From the NCBI GenBank assembly GCA_001643675.2, contig LSRY02000042.1:434001-498000 (forward strand): a stretch of 64,000 nt of DNA, given 5' to 3'. Positions 58,699 through 64,000 of the stretch are shown here, piece after piece. The notes beneath the pieces are model-generated. The model saw nothing but the letters and a program-made list of their open reading frames with translations. It did not search any database and was not told the origin of the DNA. A program made the translations under genes and the position numbers. Position 1 is the stretch's first letter; each line of letters begins with the position of its first letter. This DNA is from Monocercomonoides exilis PA203 (lineage: Eukaryota; Protista; Preaxostyla).

Positions 58699-59192
58699 CA
58701 GTCAAAACCTGGTATTATCACATCGAAAATAATCACAATTGGACAAAGTCACAAAAAGTTGTGCAAAACCCGATGTGAATATATTATGATTTTAAATGAA
58801 CTTTGAACTTTTGATGCCATGATAATCATCAAAAGCGTAAAAAATTGGATGTCCAAATCAAATAAATAATCGCTTTTCTTTTTTATAAAAAATGTTCTTG
58901 CTTTTCGAAAAGCACTATCATATTTTGGGCAAAATATTTTTCTTCAGGCATTTTCATTGAAAATTTTTGCATCGAAGATGAACTTTTTGTGATCAAAAAA
59001 TTTTAAAAAAAAAGTTTATTTTTTGAAATACATGTGATGTCACAAAACATTTTGTGATCATATCAATGATGTTTGTTTGCAGTTTTGAAAATCAAAATTA
59101 TTTTGAAAACTGATAAAGTTTTTTTATGTTATTAGTGAATCAATTTTTTCCTGCTTTGTGCATTAAAAACTTGAAAGCCCATATTTTCCACC
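58699..59192 (+). repeat. Dispersed copy of the 10.3-11.3 kb foldback arm, possibly with a Tc1/mariner-pogo-like terminus
   Basis: 58926-59192 aligns with 10322-10587 (caggcattttcat.gaaaa, tttttgtgatcaaaa, tgctttgtgcat, cttgaaag). TA-CAGTCAAAACCTGG at 58697-58712 looks like a TIR start. Confidence 0.6.
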
Positions 59193-60274
59193 ATTTTTTT
59201 AATTCAGAGATAACACTAATAATTATTCAAAGCCGAAAAAGTTGCAAACAGAATTAAGAAACATCCAATCGATATCGAAATTTTGATTTTGAAAAATAAA
59301 TCTTTTTTAAAGAGAATGCAAAAGAAGAAAAATTTTATTCTGAAAATTTTGATAATTTTTTTCAGAATGTTTGCGATGTTGTTTTCTGCAAATTTTGAAG
59401 ATTTCGAACCAAAATAAATTCAATAATAAACTCCAAACAAAACTTTAAACATTTGTTTCCTTCAGTGAGAATACAGTTTTTTGTTAAAAAAAAAGTTAAA
59501 TTAATAACCAAATACTGTATTCATCATTCTTCCAATAATTCTTTAAAATACGTAAATTTTCTTTGGAAAATTTTCTGAGAAGAATGAACTTTCAATTGAA
59601 AAGAAATAAAAATACACCAGAATTCCTCTCATGCTTTGAAAATTTGCAATTGGTCAAAAAGAAGCTCAAAAATTTATCTGAAAAGAAATGAAAAATCATT
59701 TTATTAACAAATATCATTGTTATTCAAACAGTGAAAATGTTTTTTTGACTTTTATTGATTTTTGTCAATTTTTCGAAAATTTGAAGTTTTTTGAACGTTC
59801 GACTTTGATTGAAACTTTTTCGATTTTGGTTATAAGATTTTCGATTTTGAAAGATTTTTTGTTTTATATTTTTTCCTCATAAATAGTGTGAAATTAAATA
59901 AAATGTTAATTTATTTTTCATAAAATTTCAAAATGTTGATTGATTATTCAAAAAGTTTGTTCAGATAAAAAAAGTGCATCTGATAAATTACCGAACCATT
60001 TAAATAAATTGTCAAAAACAATTCAAGTAATTGATGAAAAAACAATTTCTTTTTAACTTTTTTTGTGAAAAATGGACAGATCAAAAGTGCAACAATAAAC
60101 TTTACAAACAGACAGTATTTGTAACTGGACGATAAATCAAAGAATTCAACACAAAAATTTGAATTTAATAACAACTTCATAGTTACAAAAATCAATCACA
60201 GCATAAGATTGCAAAAACATATATACCCTTTAATGAATTATAACTTCATGATTTTGTAAGTTTTTCAATACAAA

Positions 60275-61036
60275 TTACTTTGCTGCTTCAACAATTGCTC
60301 CAACCCAAGCATTCATTTGATTTACATCCTCTGCACAAATAAAGTATTCCTTTTGTCCTGGAGAATGAGGATAAGAAATATGAAAGCAAAATGGTTTGTC
60401 GGATTTTTCTTCAGCATTTGTAACCTGAGAGCCTGAAAGAGGAATTGATCCACTTTCTTTTGTTGAAGTCTTCAAAATTATGATAGAAGTGAATAAAATA
60501 GTATTTTCACAAAAACATTCAAAAATTCCAGGAACAATGCAAAAAAAAAAAAAGCAAACCGGCTTTTCGTAATAATATAATGTTGAACCTCTAAGAGAAA
60601 ACCAACGTCTCTTCCAGTTTTTCATGAAGTGCCCTAATATATTTAATTCAAAAGGTCGCAATAAATCAAAAAGCCAATTAACACATATAAAAAACATGCG
60701 TTTACGTTAAAGAATAAAATGAAATTTAAACCTTGTTTTGTCAGCCACCCTTCCATTGGCTTTGGTGGGCCTTTTGGTGCAGACTTAGCAATTGTACAAA
60801 AGCCATTTTTTATAACAAACAACATTAGAACAAATTTAACTTCATACTTCCTCTTCAGATGGCATTTCTGCAACGAAATTGTAAGGGAAAAGACCTATTT
60901 TCCCATCCAACTCTCCTTTCCACATTCCGCTTTCATGCTTTTCAATGAGTGTAATTATATCGCCTTCCTTAAATGTTAGCTCATTTGCAACACGAGCAGT
61001 AAAATCGAACTGGGCTTGGAGTCTTGGTCGAGACAT
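60275..61036 (-). CDS. Small SH3 + PH domain adaptor (169 aa, 4 exons)
   Basis: SH3: AQFDFTA...ELTFKEGDII...[49 protein letters not shown]...AEDVNQMNAWVGAI. Introns 60784-60847, 60634-60731 and 60470-60559 are in frame. Confidence 0.92.
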
Positions 61037-61559
61037 TCACTTTTTTCGATCTAAATAGAAACGCTATGGTACATTGATCAGAATTTTCAAAAAAACATAA
61101 TATGCTTCTGAAGATCGTTTTCATTATTTTCGAAAACAACGTGTATTAATCAGATACAAACAATAAGAAAAAAAAAATGAGAATGAAAATGAAAAAAACA
61201 AATCCACAAAAACAACTGATCATCCCTTCGCTGAGCGTAACTGAATTGATCGTTAAAGTGTTGTGTTAATGACACAACAACAAATATCTAGCGATGAAAC
61301 AAACTCAAATCCATTTCAACTTTCTTCAAAAGCTTAAACAAAGATGACTATCACATTGTCACAATTTTTATCAAATCCAGAAATGTTTGCGAATAGTATT
61401 TAGTTTTATTGGTATGATTTTCGAAAAAAAAATGTTTACATTCATTCAACGACAACTGTACAATTCAACAAACTAGGATTCCAGATGAAATTTTATTTAA
61501 GGACGATGATAGCGAAGAAGGTTGTCTTTTATAATAATTTTGGATTTTAATTCATATTT

Positions 61560-64000
<2,441 letters not shown>

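Overview
AT-rich, intron-containing eukaryotic DNA with mostly 58-100 nt GT-AG introns, the standard genetic code and abundant microsatellites. Gene content and style suggest an oxymonad/metamonad protist such as Monocercomonoides (inference, not verified by search). The window has two compartments. (1) About 1-32.8 kb is accessory: three paralogs of a lineage-specific helical protein family, two decayed GGA/FxxN beta-helix (Pmp/pectin-lyase-like) genes whose 3' ends form a ~750-bp near-identical inverted repeat 22 kb apart, an intronless gene of 17 copies of a 30-aa Trp/Met-rich repeat, a decayed DIRS-type tyrosine-recombinase retrotransposon (RT, RNase H, YR), two foldback/MITE-like elements and a large orphan membrane-protein gene. 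(2) About 32.9-61 kb is a minus-strand housekeeping block: an SH3-PH adaptor, then tightly packed IFT57, a kinesin-7/CENP-E-like motor and a ~5,320-aa WDR7/rabconnectin-3beta inflated by low-complexity inserts. A disrupted DUF2009-like gene runs off the right end. The most unusual signal is near-total loss of TpA over and beyond the retrotransposon relic, which may mark a mutational process running opposite to fungal RIP. All family calls come from motif recognition by eye and need HMM/BLAST confirmation; counts are manual.
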